From a virus (taxonomy: Duplodnaviria > Caudoviricetes), in IMG/VR virus record IMGVR_UViG_3300042879_002674, positions 1-56,755 of that record: 56,755 nucleotides of DNA; one strand, given 5' to 3'. Both the position numbers and the translations under genes were made by a program. Below, one piece after another: positions 56,469-56,755 of this stretch. The stretch's first letter is position 1, and each line of letters opens with the position of its first letter. The notes below the pieces were generated by a model. The model did no database searches. It saw nothing but the letters and a program-made list of their open reading frames with translations, and had not been told where the DNA came from.

Positions 56469-56755
56469 TTAACCCTCCTTTTGCGCCGATAAGAATTTCT
56501 CTGCTTGGCTCCAGTTCTGAAACCATGGGTTGTCGTTGTACTTATTCACACTCACATTTAGGTCTATCTGGCCTGGGAAGTGATAGTCGATATGCCTAAG
56601 CACCTTTTGCACCAATGAGGACTTGACGTACACCCAAAACTGGCCTCCCTCGCTGTCGTAAAGGATCCCTTCTCTTGGCTTAAATACCTCTTTGAGTGAG
56701 TCCTCAATGGTGTAGTGAGATAATTCTCCCTTGGCGCACCCAGTTAGTTCAATTG
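56469..56755 (-). CDS. Hypothetical protein, start outside the window
   Basis: Open frame IELTGCAKGELSHY...AQKEG-stop running from the window edge. Confidence 0.6.
   Translation of the reverse strand, partial: IELTGCAKGELSHYTIEDSLKEVFKPREGILYDSEGGQFWVYVKSSLVQKVLRHIDYHFPGQIDLNVSVNKYNDNPWFQNWSQAEKFLSAQKEG

Noticed and set aside
1-56755. Stop-codon reassignment
   Set aside because: Genes are long and tightly packed under code 11, TAG and TGA serve as real stops, and no suppressor tRNA was seen

Overview
This window is a 56.8-kb segment of a large, AT-rich tailed phage with myovirus-type baseplate genes. It uses genetic code 11 and almost all genes are on the minus strand. The host is most likely a Bacteroidota species: a 33-bp promoter-like motif resembles the -33/-7 Bacteroidota consensus, leaders are A-rich with little Shine-Dalgarno signal, and there is an Hc1 histone-like gene. 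From left to right the window holds: a MoxR-AAA/vWA module and an FAD oxidoreductase; a ~16-kb block of mostly unknown proteins and small enzymes sharing an N-terminal 'MIKLxxLLxE'-type leader; exonuclease, primase and GIY-YIG genes; the tail/baseplate module; a gp55-like late sigma factor and an HD hydrolase; tRNAs and oversized tRNA-like RNAs; and an array of small early genes, most behind their own copy of the promoter. The strongest candidates for undescribed biology are: (1) a capsid-targeting/protease-cleavable tag on unrelated enzymes and polyproteins; (2) 3'-trailer elements antisense to the translation leaders of early genes; (3) tRNA-shaped RNAs with inserted domains; (4) several nucleoid-type DNA-binding proteins (Hc1, AT-hooks, Dps-like). 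All functional calls come from motif reading by eye; no database searches were run.
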